A DNA stretch of 16,920 nt from Kiritimatiellia bacterium (GCA_050949565.1 JBMNFY010000005.1:1-16920); one strand, 5' to 3'. Shown: positions 1-9,379, numbered from the stretch's first letter. Made by a program: numbers and translations. Notes: generated by a model not told the origin, from the sequence alone.

Positions 1-1439
1 CCCAAAAAATCTGGTCATTCCAGAAAGACCAGTCCGAGCGGGTTTGATTCGGGGTCTGGCGGCTTGTAGCCGTACCATTTCCCGTGGCGCGTGAAGAGCC
101 TCCCGAGGCCGTCGGCGACGGCGTAGTGGAGGAACTCGGCCACGCCGTAGATGCGCTTGGCGGCGTGGGTGATGTTGGTCGTCAGGATCTCGCAGCGCAG
201 CCGTCCGGCCAGCCAGACGCAGTTGAAGTAGATGACGGCCAGCAGCAGAGCGACCATGTTTTTCAGGCGCCGGTACGTCAGGACCCGGATGTCCTCGAGG
301 TTGTAGCTCTGCTTGACGAAGCGGATCGCGTCCTCGACGCGCCACCGCGTCAGATAGCCCTCGACGACCTGCCACAGGGACTTGCGCGACGTCGTCCCGG
401 CCAGCGTGGTCAGCAGGAGCATCGGCCGCTCGCCGAACCCCTTCACCACGACCATGCGCAGGGGCTTGTCGGGCCTCTGCGGCAGGGCGACGGTCATGGC
501 GCCGAACTCCAGCTTATAGCTTTTCACCCCGTCCCCCGTCTCCCTCGTGACGATCTCGATGTGCTTCATGGGGCAGGATGCCGCCAGTTCTTCGGCCAGC
601 GCGGTCCGCCGGCCGTGGAGCAGGTTGCGGTTGCCCACGAGGCGCACGATGTAGTCCAGTTTGCGCCGGTCCAGGCCGTCGAACAGCCAGTCTCCGTCGC
701 CTCCGCGGTCGATGACGTAGATGCCGCGCTTCTTCGCGCGGGAGCTGATCTGGTCGATGACGCCGAGCACCTCGTCGTTCTGGCTGATGAAGCCCTCCGC
801 CTCGCTCGACCACAGCCGCATGTGCAACGGCGTGATCCGGCGGCCGCCGCTCTCGCAGGCGACCGCCAGGCAGGCGCTGTATCCGTTGCCGATCTCCCCC
901 GTGCTCCCGTCCCGGACGCGGGCGAGATATTCCATCTTCTTCGCGTACAGCTTACGGATGTCGGTCGGGTCGATGACGATCAGCGTGTCCTGATGGACGT
1001 GACGCGCGCCCAGACGGGCGACAGCGTCGGAAATCCCCTGCTCGATGCCCTCGCTCCCGAGCATCCGGCTCAGCCTGTCCTCCAGTTTCTTCATCGATAT
1101 CGGCTCGTCGAGCGCGCGGGCGATCCGGCTGAGCTTCACGTCCTGCGACGCCTGTATCCCGTAGACCATGTCGCCCACGAACTTGCCGAGCGGCTTGGAA
1201 AACCGGGGGAAAGTTCCCCCAAAAAATTCTTGAGTTGCTCTCGCGCTTTGAACGCCGTTGCGCTATGATTCACGTCGGTTTTCCTTTCCGGTTTTTGGTT
1301 TTTGGTTGAACCGCCATTTTGGCAGAACCGGCGGAGGAAAACCACTTTTTCACTTTCAGGCACGCCCGTCAGAGACGCATCCCCTTTGTTTTCAAGGACT
1401 TAGATATAATTGCCCCCGATTTTTTGGGGAAAGTCCTTG
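1..1439 (-). mobile_element. IS4-family insertion sequence (one end truncated by the window edge)
   Basis: DDE transposase inside. CCCAAAAAATC at 1-11 is the reverse complement of GATTTTTTGGG at 1418-1428, consistent with terminal inverted repeats. The IR probably extends to about 1439 (GGGGAAAGTCCTTG). The other tip and the target duplication are outside the window. Confidence 0.8.
15..1273 (-). pseudogene. IS4-family DDE transposase, apparently frameshifted near the N-terminus
   Basis: ORF 15..1178 has the IS4 Y-(2)-R-(3)-E-(6)-K signature (YLTRWRVEDAIRFVK) and DDE aspartates in IVIDPTD and VIDRGGD. A GTG at 1273 with an AAAGGA RBS encodes NHSATAFKAREQLKNFLGELSP in another frame. One extra base in the G5 run at 1205-1209 would fuse the two as LSPRFSKPLGKFVGDMVY. 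Confidence 0.8.
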
Positions 1440-1499
1440 GGAAAGAAGTTTTCGCGCGAACCGACACCGCTGTTGCGCGAGGCGGGAGAGTTCGGTAAA

Positions 1500-1527
1500 C
1501 TGACGCCTTCCTATTGGTTGGTAAACT
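1500..1527 (+). promoter_or_regulatory. candidate sigma70 promoter of leuB
   Basis: CTGACG at 1500-1505, a 16-bp spacer, then extended -10 TG-G-TAAACT at 1519-1527. A GAGGAG RBS-like sequence lies upstream of ATG 1552. Confidence 0.35.
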
Positions 1528-1551
1528 GGCATCTTTCGAGGAGAAGCAGGT

Positions 1552-2634
1552 ATGGTGAAAACGTACAAGATTGCGGTGATCCCGGGCGACGGGACGGGGC
1601 CGGAGGTGATCGGCGAAGGCTGTAAAGTGCTGGACGCGGCGGCAGCGCGATTCGGCTTTAAGCTGGAGAAGGTCACGTATGACTTGGGCGGTACCCGCTA
1701 TCTTAAGACGGGTGAGACACTGACCGATGCGACGCTCGAAGAGCTGCGCGGTTTCGACGCCATCTATCTCGGCGCGATCGGGCACACCGACATCAAGCCG
1801 GGGGTTCTTGAAAGGGGCGTGCTGTTGAAGTTGCGCTTTGAGTTGGACCAGTACATCAACTTGCGCCCAGTCAAACTCTACCCCGGCGTGGAGTGCCCGC
1901 TCAAGGACAAAGGGCCGCGAGAGATCGACTACTGCGTGATCCGTGAAAACACCGGCGGTCTCTACGCCGGTGTCGGCGGTATCTCGCGCCCAGGCACCTG
2001 CGACGAAGTGGCGGTGCAGCAAATGATTTATACCTACGATCAGGTCGCGCGTTGTCTGCGTTACGCTTTTGAGTATACGCGCAAGTATGGCAAGAAGGCG
2101 CGGGGGCTCGGCGAGCACAACACGCTGGCGATGGTCGGCAAGTCGAACGTCCTGACTTACGTGTATGAGCTGTGGAACCGCGTCTTCGCCGAGATCGGTG
2201 CCGAGTATCCCGACGTCAAGCGCGAGTACTACCACGTTGACGCGACCTGCCTCTACATGGTGGCCAGCCCTGAGATGTTCGACGTGATCGTGACCGAGAA
2301 TATGTTCGGTGATATCATCACTGACCTTGCTGCGATCACGCAGGGCGGGCTTGGCGTGGCGGCCGGCGGCAACATCAATCCGCAAGGGGTTAGCATGTTC
2401 GAGCCGATCGGCGGCACCGCGCCCATGTGGACCGGCAAGAATGCGATCAACCCGATCGCTGCGATCGGTGCCGGCGCGATGATGCTCACCGCGCTGGGCG
2501 AAGAGGCGGCGGGCCGTGCGGTCGAGGCGGCCATTATGCAGACCACCCCGACGATGAAGAGCCAGATGGCCAACCAGATGGGCTTCACCACCACGCAGAT
2601 CGGCGACCGCATCGCGTCGTTGGTTGCGGGTTGA
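1552..2634 (+). CDS. leuB: 3-isopropylmalate dehydrogenase
   Basis: Beta-decarboxylating dehydrogenase motifs [35 protein letters not shown] and [10 protein letters not shown], plus the IPMDH-type ERGVLL segment ([20 protein letters not shown]). No other leu genes are adjacent. Confidence 0.88.
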   Translation: MVKTYKIAVIPGDGTGPEVIGEGCKVLDAAAARFGFKLEKVTYDLGGTRYLKTGETLTDATLEELRGFDAIYLGAIGHTDIKPGVLERGVLLKLRFELDQYINLRPVKLYPGVECPLKDKGPREIDYCVIRENTGGLYAGVGGISRPGTCDEVAVQQMIYTYDQVARCLRYAFEYTRKYGKKARGLGEHNTLAMVGKSNVLTYVYELWNRVFAEIGAEYPDVKREYYHVDATCLYMVASPEMFDVIVTENMFGDIITDLAAITQGGLGVAAGGNINPQGVSMFEPIGGTAPMWTGKNAINPIAAIGAGAMMLTALGEEAAGRAVEAAIMQTTPTMKSQMANQMGFTTTQIGDRIASLVAG

Positions 2635-2678
2635 ACTGATGCGGGCGGAACCCGCAACCCAAGTTAATGAGTGCCTTA
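2622..2678 (+). repeat. hairpin and dispersed repeat at the leuB 3' end
   Basis: GGTTGCGGGTT (starting 2622) pairs with AACCCGCAACC (2649-2659). 2638-2678 matches the reverse complement of 13489-13525 with 2 substitutions and a 4-nt indel, and its 20-nt core recurs at 5575-5594. Confidence 0.75.
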
Positions 2679-2712
2679 CGACTCAACAATATGATAAAAA
2701 ACAAGTTGTTTC

Positions 2713-3051
2713 TCTCACAGAGACGTTGAGGACACAGAGGTTTTTTGGGGGGGGCGTTGCTCCTGCCGCAGGTCGCAAGTCGAACGTCGCGGGTCAACCT
2801 CTCTCGTTGCGACCACACAGTGGCTCGCAATCGTGAGGGCAAAAGCACGGCTCTGTTGTTTCATGCGAAGGCGGAAGGTTGGAGGGCGAGTGTCCCCACG
2901 AGCCGCCTTCCGCAACACGGAAGGATGGGAGGGACGAGCGTCGCTCGTCCGCTCCCAGCGCTTCGCAAGCCCGATGACACGAGATGGAGGGCGGCGTCTG
3001 AGTGGTGCGCAAAGATGGAAACCTTCGTGTCCTTTGTGCCTTTTTGTGAGA
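2713..3051. repeat. intergenic cluster of GGAG-headed REP-like palindromes bracketed by two inverted 9-nt-period modules
   Basis: GGAG-GGACGAGCG-T-CGCTCGTCC at 2928-2950, GGAGGGCGAGTGTCCCCACGAGCC at 2881-2904, and nested stems 2864-2870/2961-2967 and 2871-2878/2906-2913. Modules beginning TCTCACA occur at 2713-2754 (+) and 3022-3051 (-). Confidence 0.6.
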
Positions 3052-3066
3052 TTGAATTGAAAGTCC

Positions 3067-4257
3067 GTGAATACGCTACCATTACGATTGCTACGTGAGA
3101 TTCCGCCACGTCTATTATGGCGGTTTCTGGTCGGTGCGGGCCTCGGCAACTTGCGTGCGATCAACCGGTTTGAACGTCGCCGCCGACAGGGCGTTTACTT
3201 TCCGCCTTTTGTCTTTGTGAGTGTCACGCAGCGCTGCAACCTCACCTGTAAAGGGTGCTGGGCCACCGGCGTGCGGGAGCCGGTTGATATGTCGCCCGAG
3301 TTGCTGCATGCGATCGTCACCGAGAGCCGTGCGCAGGGCTGCCGCTTTTTCGGCATTCTGGGGGGCGAGCCGTTGCTGCTGCCATGGCTGCCAGATTTTT
3401 TCGAGCGCCATCGCGACATCTACTTCCAGCTTTTCACCAACGGACAGTTGCTTGACGAACAGTTGGCCGCGCGGTTGCGGCGTGCCGGAAACGTGTCGCC
3501 GCTCATCAGCGTGGAAGGCGGAGCCGATTCCTATGCGGATCGGCGTGGCAACGGCCGCGCCTACGGACGTGCCCTCGACGCGTTGACGCGCTGCAAGGAA
3601 CAGGGATTGGTGACGGGTGTCGCGACCAGTGTGTCGGTCTCCACCTATGCAGATGTGGTGTCGGAACGCTTCGTTGACGACATGGCCGCGCGCGGTGCAC
3701 ACTATCTCTGGTACTACATCTACCGTCCCTCCGGTCCGGTGCCCGGTTTTGAAGAGGCACTCGATGACGAACAGGTGCGTGCCCTGCGCCATTTTCTGCT
3801 GGAGCAGAGAACGCGCTGCAAAAGCCTCGTGATCGTCGATGCCTACTGGGATCATGACGGCAACGCGCTCTGTCCGGCGGCGACCGGTATCAGCCACCAT
3901 ATCAACGCGCGCGGTGAGGTGGAGCCGTGCCCGCCGATCCAGTGCGCCGACTGCCGGGTGGAACCTGGACAGGTGGCTGCGCGCATAACGGAGTCGCCGT
4001 TGCTCGCAGCCTTTCGCGCCGAGATACCGCGTCTCACGCGCGGCTGCGTGCTGATGGATCATCCGCGCGAGTTGGCTGAACTGGCTACGCGCTGCGATGC
4101 ATGGGACAGCAGCGGCCGCGGGACGTTTTTCCGCGAATTGGCGGAGCGGCCGGCGATGCGTTGCCACGACCACAGCGGCGAGCCGTTGCCAGAACGCACA
4201 TGGGCCTACCGCTTTGCCAAGAAGCACTGGTTTTTCGGTTTCGGCGCGTACGGCTGA
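3067..4257 (+). CDS. radical SAM protein with SPASM/twitch-like C-terminal region
   Basis: CxxxCxxC motif CNLTCKGC, GGEP, FTNG and SVEG motifs, and a C-terminal CPAA...HINARGEVEPCP segment. The GTG start is uncertain. Confidence 0.88.
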   Translation: MNTLPLRLLREIPPRLLWRFLVGAGLGNLRAINRFERRRRQGVYFPPFVFVSVTQRCNLTCKGCWATGVREPVDMSPELLHAIVTESRAQGCRFFGILGGEPLLLPWLPDFFERHRDIYFQLFTNGQLLDEQLAARLRRAGNVSPLISVEGGADSYADRRGNGRAYGRALDALTRCKEQGLVTGVATSVSVSTYADVVSERFVDDMAARGAHYLWYYIYRPSGPVPGFEEALDDEQVRALRHFLLEQRTRCKSLVIVDAYWDHDGNALCPAATGISHHINARGEVEPCPPIQCADCRVEPGQVAARITESPLLAAFRAEIPRLTRGCVLMDHPRELAELATRCDAWDSSGRGTFFRELAERPAMRCHDHSGEPLPERTWAYRFAKKHWFFGFGAYG

Positions 4258-4271
4258 CGGCCGTGCGTCGC

Positions 4272-5144
4272 TCAGGCCAGGCAGAGCAGCGCTACGCCGA
4301 TCAAGATCGCGGCAAGCGCTACGCCTTTGCGCCGCAGGTTGCGTTCACGGAAGATCAGCGCGCCGGCGGCGAACGACAGTGCGACATTCGAACGCCGGAT
4401 CAGCGACAGCACCGAGATGGCCACGCCCTCTTGGCTGAGCGCGCCGAAATAGAACCAGTCCGCGGCCATCAGCAGCATGCCAACAGCGGGAATCGTCCAG
4501 CGCCATTCAAAACGCGTGCGTTGCAGACCGGCGGCGCGTTGCACGCACAGAGTAGCGCCCAGCAGCAACGTCAGGTCGATGGCGAACCAGAGTTGCATGG
4601 TGTTGCGTTCAAGTCCGCAGGTTTGTAGCAGATACTTATCGTAGAGGGCAGAACCAGCGCCCAGCAAGGTGCCGGCAAAGGCGCAGAAGACCCCGGGGTG
4701 ACGCGTGAAACGGATGCCTTCCGCTTGGCCCGCTACAGAGAAGAGCCAGTAACCGACGAGGATCACTACCATGCCGAGTGCTTGTAGCGGAGTTGGAATC
4801 TCGTGGAAGAGAAGCATCGCACCGGCCAGTGTCCAGAGCGGGGACGAGGCACGGATCGGCGCGACGATCGAGAGCGGCAGCGCTCGCATCGCGTAGTAAA
4901 CAAAAATCCAAGAACCCGAGACAATCACCGCCTTGACAGCCACCAGCCCAAAGTCCACGTACGAGATGACAAGGGCGTCGCGCAAACGGCCGGTGGCTGC
5001 CAGCGCCAATGCAAAGAAGAGCGCTCCGGCTGCTGTGCCCAGAACAAGCACGGGCATGACCGCATTGGCGCGGACACTATGCTTTTTGGCCGTGTCATAG
5101 ACAGCCAGCAGCACGGCTGAGATCAGGATATAGGGAATCCACAT
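4272..5144 (-). CDS. EamA/DMT family transporter
   Basis: 290 aa with about 10 hydrophobic helices in two repeats. DMT-like segments are ALPLSIVAPI...LLFHEIP and ISVLSLIRR...LIFRERNL. Confidence 0.88.
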   Translation of the reverse strand: MWIPYILISAVLLAVYDTAKKHSVRANAVMPVLVLGTAAGALFFALALAATGRLRDALVISYVDFGLVAVKAVIVSGSWIFVYYAMRALPLSIVAPIRASSPLWTLAGAMLLFHEIPTPLQALGMVVILVGYWLFSVAGQAEGIRFTRHPGVFCAFAGTLLGAGSALYDKYLLQTCGLERNTMQLWFAIDLTLLLGATLCVQRAAGLQRTRFEWRWTIPAVGMLLMAADWFYFGALSQEGVAISVLSLIRRSNVALSFAAGALIFRERNLRRKGVALAAILIGVALLCLA

Positions 5145-5145
5145 T

Positions 5146-5535
5146 TTAGGCGGATTCGAGGATCAGGTTAGCGTACTGGATCGTGTCGCCGGTCCGGATC
5201 AATCCGATCGCGTGCGGGACCCGGTTTTTAAAGGTCACGTGCGGTTCATAATCGATGGGGATGCCGTCGAGCGCCTGACTGAAACGCGCTTGAACCTCAG
5301 CGGTGTTGTTTTTGAGGAACTCCTCAGCCATGAACACGCGTCCGATCACAAAATTGGGGCGGATGGCAAGCAACACATCCAGAACGCAGGGAATGTCGTC
5401 GATCAACGAGATATCGATCGTCTCAATCATTGGCCAGAACGGGAATCCGCGGTCGGCGATGACGAGGGTGTTGGTGTGGCGCACGCGACTGAGCAAACTG
5501 TTCAGCGCGGGGTTGAGAATGCCGGTCTTGAGCAT
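5146..5535 (-). CDS. RbsD/FucU family pyranase/mutarotase
   Basis: MLKTGILNPAL...HTNTLVIADRGFP with the conserved His, and C-terminal IRTGDTIQYANLILES, both typical of RbsD/FucU. The stop is 1 nt from the EamA start. Confidence 0.88.
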   Translation of the reverse strand: MLKTGILNPALNSLLSRVRHTNTLVIADRGFPFWPMIETIDISLIDDIPCVLDVLLAIRPNFVIGRVFMAEEFLKNNTAEVQARFSQALDGIPIDYEPHVTFKNRVPHAIGLIRTGDTIQYANLILESA

Positions 5536-5703
5536 ACGGGACGTTCCTTTTGTTGCGGGTGAGTATACACCAACGCGGGCGGAACTCGCAACCCTGCCCC
5601 GCCCCTTCTCCCGGGAGGAAACCTCTGGGCGGCCCGCGGGCCTCTAAGCTCAAATAAATTCTAGGAGACAGGCGCGGTGTTGGTGCGATAAGATTAGGGA
5701 CAA

Positions 5704-7896
5704 ATGAAAGAAGAAACCAAAGAAAAAATCGCGATTCAGTATCTGTTTGAATCCGAACCGGACCATGCCTGGACAGCGAAGGATATCAGCCAGACGTTGG
5801 GTTTCCGAGGCAAGCAGATCAAACGCCTCCACGACCTATTGAAGGAGATGGTGCGTGACGGCGAGATCGTCATGATCCGCAAGGGTAGGGCGTATACGCT
5901 CGGTAAGCAGGCGGACCTGGTGACCGGTCCGCTGCGTCTCGTGCGTAGCGGTGCCGGCAATGTGACCGAGCGTGAGACGGGAAAACTCATCTGGGTCGAG
6001 AATGAAGATTTGGGCACTGCGCTGCCTGGAGACATCGTCACGGTCCGCCTGTATCGTCGCGGCGGTGAATCTAAGGGCAAGGTGATCAAGATCGTCGAGC
6101 GCAGTGCGCGCGACATTGTCGGCACGCTCTTTACCACCGGCAAATTTTTCCATGTGGTGCCGCTCAATCCAGTGTACCGCAAAGATTTCTATGTACCGGC
6201 CGCTAACGGCGCCAAGCCGGGCGACCGCGTGGTCGTGCGCTTCACAGGCTGGACGAACCGCTACGTCGCGCCGGAGGGCGAGATCGTAGAAGTGATCGGA
6301 CCGGCCGACCGCCCTTCGCTCGACACGGAGGTGGTGATGAAGCAGTTCGATCTGCCTGAAGATTTCCCCGCCGCCGTGATCGACGCGGCGGAGCGCGTGG
6401 CGCAGCGGCTGACCCGGCCGGGACGCCGGGAAGATCTTCGAGATCGCTTCATCATCACAATCGATCCGGCGACCGCGCGCGATTTCGACGACGCCATTTC
6501 ACTGGAGACCGACGCACGCGGTAACCGTGTGTTGGGGGTGCATATCGCTGACGTGAGTCATTTCGTGCGGCCGGGCTCGCCGCTGGATCGCGAGGCGCGT
6601 CAGCGCGGCACCAGCGTGTACCTGGTGGACAAGGTGATCCCGATGTTGCCCGAACAGCTCTCCAACGGGGTTTGCAGTCTGCGTCCCGGCGAGGATCGTT
6701 TGACCTTTTCAGCCTTTATGACTTTCGATGAGAAGGGGCACATGATCGAGCGCCGCTTTGCGCGGACGCGCATCCGCTCCGCATTGCGCCTCAACTATGA
6801 GCAGGCGATGGCCATCATCAATGACCAGCCGCCGGAGGGGCTGGAGACGGTGCCAGAGGGGGCGCGTATCCTGCTGAAAGCGGGGTGGCGGCTTGCGGCT
6901 CAATTGCGCAAGCGGCGCTTTTCCATGGCTGCACTGGATCTGGAGGTGCCCGAGGCAGAGGTGGTGCTGGACGATCAATCGCGCATGACCGGCATCGTGA
7001 TACGTCCCTATGACGAGTCGCACCAGTTGATCGAGGAGTTCATGGTGGCGGCGAACGAGGCGGTCGCGACCGAGCTGTGGACGCGCGGCATCAAGATTCT
7101 TACGCGTTTGCATGAGCCGCCGGATGCAGAGAAGCTCGAAGAGTTGCAAGCGAACCTTTCAATTCTGGGCTTCCGTCCCGGCGACCTCTCCGATCCCAAA
7201 CGGCTTGCCAAGTTCCTCAAGGACACGCAGGAGCATCCGCTGCGTTACCATGCGCACATGATGGTGTTGCGCAGCATGAAACGTGCGATCTATTCGGCTG
7301 AGAAGATCGGTCATTTCGGTCTGGCAAAGGCATACTACGCGCACTTCACCTCGCCCATCCGGCGCTATCCCGATCTGGTGCTGCATCGGCAGCTTGCCGA
7401 TTATTTGGACGGGAAGGGCGGCAAGATGCCGCAGAATGAATTGATCCAAACGGCATTTCTAGCGACCGAACGCGAGCAGATCGCCGACGATGCCGCGCGC
7501 CAGTTGATCGAGATCAAAAAGTTCCGCTTCTTGCAGCAACAGCTTGATGAAAAGAAGCCGATCGTCTACCGGGCGGTGGTCTCCAAATGCACCAACTACG
7601 GTGCCTTTATCGACATCCCGGATCTGGCGATGGGTGGCCTGATTCACATCTCTAACCTTTCGAAACAGTTTGTGCGCTTCAATCCCGCGAACGAGTCCTT
7701 GAGCGCGGGGGAGAAGATTTACCGCGTGGGCACGGTCGTTCAGGTTCAGGTCGACGCAGTGAACTTCAATCAGCGGCGCGCCGACTTCGTGCTGGCCGGT
7801 GACGAGAAAGCCACGCCTACCAAGGGCAAGTCAGCGAAAGAGAAAAAGCCGCGCAAAGGCGCGGCCGCAGCGCGGCGAGGCCGCGCGCGGATTTAG
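5704..7896 (+). CDS. rnr: ribonuclease R
   Basis: N-terminal HTH and cold-shock-like domains, RNB active site TIDPATARDFDDAIS, motifs LIEEFMVAAN and HFGLA..YAHFTSPIRRYPDL, a C-terminal S1 domain and a Lys/Arg-rich tail. Confidence 0.95.
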   Translation: MKEETKEKIAIQYLFESEPDHAWTAKDISQTLGFRGKQIKRLHDLLKEMVRDGEIVMIRKGRAYTLGKQADLVTGPLRLVRSGAGNVTERETGKLIWVENEDLGTALPGDIVTVRLYRRGGESKGKVIKIVERSARDIVGTLFTTGKFFHVVPLNPVYRKDFYVPAANGAKPGDRVVVRFTGWTNRYVAPEGEIVEVIGPADRPSLDTEVVMKQFDLPEDFPAAVIDAAERVAQRLTRPGRREDLRDRFIITIDPATARDFDDAISLETDARGNRVLGVHIADVSHFVRPGSPLDREARQRGTSVYLVDKVIPMLPEQLSNGVCSLRPGEDRLTFSAFMTFDEKGHMIERRFARTRIRSALRLNYEQAMAIINDQPPEGLETVPEGARILLKAGWRLAAQLRKRRFSMAALDLEVPEAEVVLDDQSRMTGIVIRPYDESHQLIEEFMVAANEAVATELWTRGIKILTRLHEPPDAEKLEELQANLSILGFRPGDLSDPKRLAKFLKDTQEHPLRYHAHMMVLRSMKRAIYSAEKIGHFGLAKAYYAHFTSPIRRYPDLVLHRQLADYLDGKGGKMPQNELIQTAFLATEREQIADDAARQLIEIKKFRFLQQQLDEKKPIVYRAVVSKCTNYGAFIDIPDLAMGGLIHISNLSKQFVRFNPANESLSAGEKIYRVGTVVQVQVDAVNFNQRRADFVLAGDEKATPTKGKSAKEKKPRKGAAAARRGRARI

Positions 7897-7912
7897 GATT
7901 TAGGATTTAGGA
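7889..7912 (+). repeat. heptamer tandem repeat (GGATTTA)x3 overlapping the rnr stop codon
   Basis: GGATTTAGGATTTAGGATTTAGGA is read directly; the rnr TAG at 7894-7896 falls at the first unit. Confidence 0.85.
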
Positions 7913-7995
7913 GTTTCGCGTTTCACGAGGCGGGCGAATGGCGGGTGCAGGCAAAGTGCGGCGGGATGTCTCGAAACTAGAGATGGGTTGTGAAT

Positions 7996-8098
7996 ATGAG
8001 GTTTAATGCAACGAAATTCCGAGTGTTGGGTCGTTTGTCCTTTGTATTCATGATATTAGCCATAGTGCTATTTTTTGGCCTGTGGATTGTTTGGGGCA
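7996..8098 (+). pseudogene. possible small membrane-protein ORF interrupted by the IS3 insertion
   Basis: AT-rich ORF MRFNATKFRVLGRLSFVFMILAIVLFFGLWIVWG with one TM helix. It would continue in frame as KRQKARLC at 10877 if the IS dimer were removed. Confidence 0.3.
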
Positions 8099-8159
8099 TG
8101 TCCGGCTTTACGATAGGTTTACACTTTCTTCTTGAAGTCTAAGAAGAAAGCGGGTAGCA

Positions 8160-8552
8160 ATGAAGGACAGAATGAGGTACAGTGAAGCGTTCAAACTCAA
8201 GGTAATGGAGGAGCTGAGGGATGCAAAATGGAAGTCAGTTCAGGAGGCCGCCAAGGCATATGGAATTTCGGAGATGTCGGTCTACAACTGGATGCACAAG
8301 CTCGGCTTCGAACATCTGAAAGGAAGGCTCGTTTACGTGAAGACACGGACGGAATTGGATCGGATCAAGGAGCTCGAGGCGGAGAACCTCCGCCTCAAGC
8401 AGAGCCTCGCGGACGAGGTGCTCGACAACAGGCTGAACCAGGCGTTTCTTCGGATCGCCTGCCGGCGGGCCGGGACGACCGTCGAAGATCTAAAAAAAAA
8501 GAATGGTGGGATGCCGCCCACGACACCCACGAGCGGGATGGCCTGCCAGTGA
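8160..8552 (+). CDS. IS3-family OrfA (HTH); N-terminal part of the OrfAB transposase
   Basis: RYSEAFKLKV...SVQEAAKAYGISEMSVYNW HTH, followed by the coiled coil IKELEAENLRLKQSL. Confidence 0.92.
   Translation: MKDRMRYSEAFKLKVMEELRDAKWKSVQEAAKAYGISEMSVYNWMHKLGFEHLKGRLVYVKTRTELDRIKELEAENLRLKQSLADEVLDNRLNQAFLRIACRRAGTTVEDLKKKNGGMPPTTPTSGMACQ
8492..8521 (+). promoter_or_regulatory. programmed -1 frameshift signal
   Basis: A9G run at 8492-8501 contains A AAA AAG in the OrfA frame, followed by hairpin GTGGG-ATGCCG-CCCAC at 8506-8521. A -1 shift enters the OrfB frame, giving an OrfAB fusion of about 406 aa. Confidence 0.8.
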
Positions 8553-9379
8553 CGAGGCTTTGCGCCAGATGTGGAAAGAGCACGGTCGCCTACTACAAGG
8601 GCCGCAAGGCGCGCGAGAAGCGCGTCGGGCGGGAAGACGTCATTCTTCTGCTGGCCCGTCGCGAACGCATTGTCAACCCGATGGCCGGCTGTAAGAAAGT
8701 GCTTTTCGCCATCCGGCCGGAAATGGCCGAGGCGGGGATCTCGATGGGCGTCAACAGCTTCTACAAGCTGATGAAGGAGAACGGCATGATGGTGCCGAAA
8801 CGCAAGAAATACAGCTGCAAGACGACGCGGCAGGACAAGTCTCTGGCGCCTTCGCCGAATCTGGTCAAGGACATGGAGATCAATGCTCCCGATCAGGCGG
8901 TGTGCTCGGACATCACGTACATCTACACGGAAGAGGGGTTCCTGTTCCTTTCACTGATGATGGACATGTTCGTGCGCGACATCGTCGGCTGGGCGGTCTG
9001 CGACTCGCTGAAGGCCGAGGGCCCCCTGGCCGCGCTGGAGATGGCGAGCCGTGCGCTGAAGCCGGGAGCGAAACCCGTGGCGCACTCCGACCGCGGCTGC
9101 CAGTACGCTTCGCACGCCTACCGCGAGGCGCTCGAGAAGCTCGGCTGGCGGTCCAGCATGACGGAAGAACTCCACTGCTACGAGAATGCGATGGCGGAGC
9201 GCCTGAACGGCATTCTCAAGCATGAGTATTTCCTCAACACGCACTTCAAGACGAAGAAGGAAGCGATCAAGGCGATCAAAGAGGCGATCCGGATCTACAA
9301 CACGCGCAGGCTGCACGAGAAGTGTGGCTTCAAGACGCCGGCGGCGTTCCGTGAGGAGACGATGAAAAAAGTTGCATGA
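8549..9379 (+). CDS. IS3-family OrfB (rve/DDE integrase core)
   Basis: DDE motifs CSDITY, HSDRGCQY and NAMAERLNGILKHE. GTG at 8549 overlaps the OrfA stop (GTGA); the frame is also reached by frameshift at about 8500. Confidence 0.93.
   Translation: MTRLCARCGKSTVAYYKGRKAREKRVGREDVILLLARRERIVNPMAGCKKVLFAIRPEMAEAGISMGVNSFYKLMKENGMMVPKRKKYSCKTTRQDKSLAPSPNLVKDMEINAPDQAVCSDITYIYTEEGFLFLSLMMDMFVRDIVGWAVCDSLKAEGPLAALEMASRALKPGAKPVAHSDRGCQYASHAYREALEKLGWRSSMTEELHCYENAMAERLNGILKHEYFLNTHFKTKKEAIKAIKEAIRIYNTRRLHEKCGFKTPAAFREETMKKVA

Noticed and set aside
84-1268. 394-aa plus-strand ORF, and similar shadows at 1369..2385, 3115..4227, 10825..12201, 10896..12245 and 15485..16273
   Set aside because: Antisense or alternate-frame shadows of well-supported genes in GC-rich DNA, with no motifs.
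8228-8500. OrfB starting at ATG 8228 (and 9612)
   Set aside because: This part overlaps OrfA out of frame and looks non-protein-like; the real OrfB sequence begins at the A9G frameshift or the GTGA overlap.
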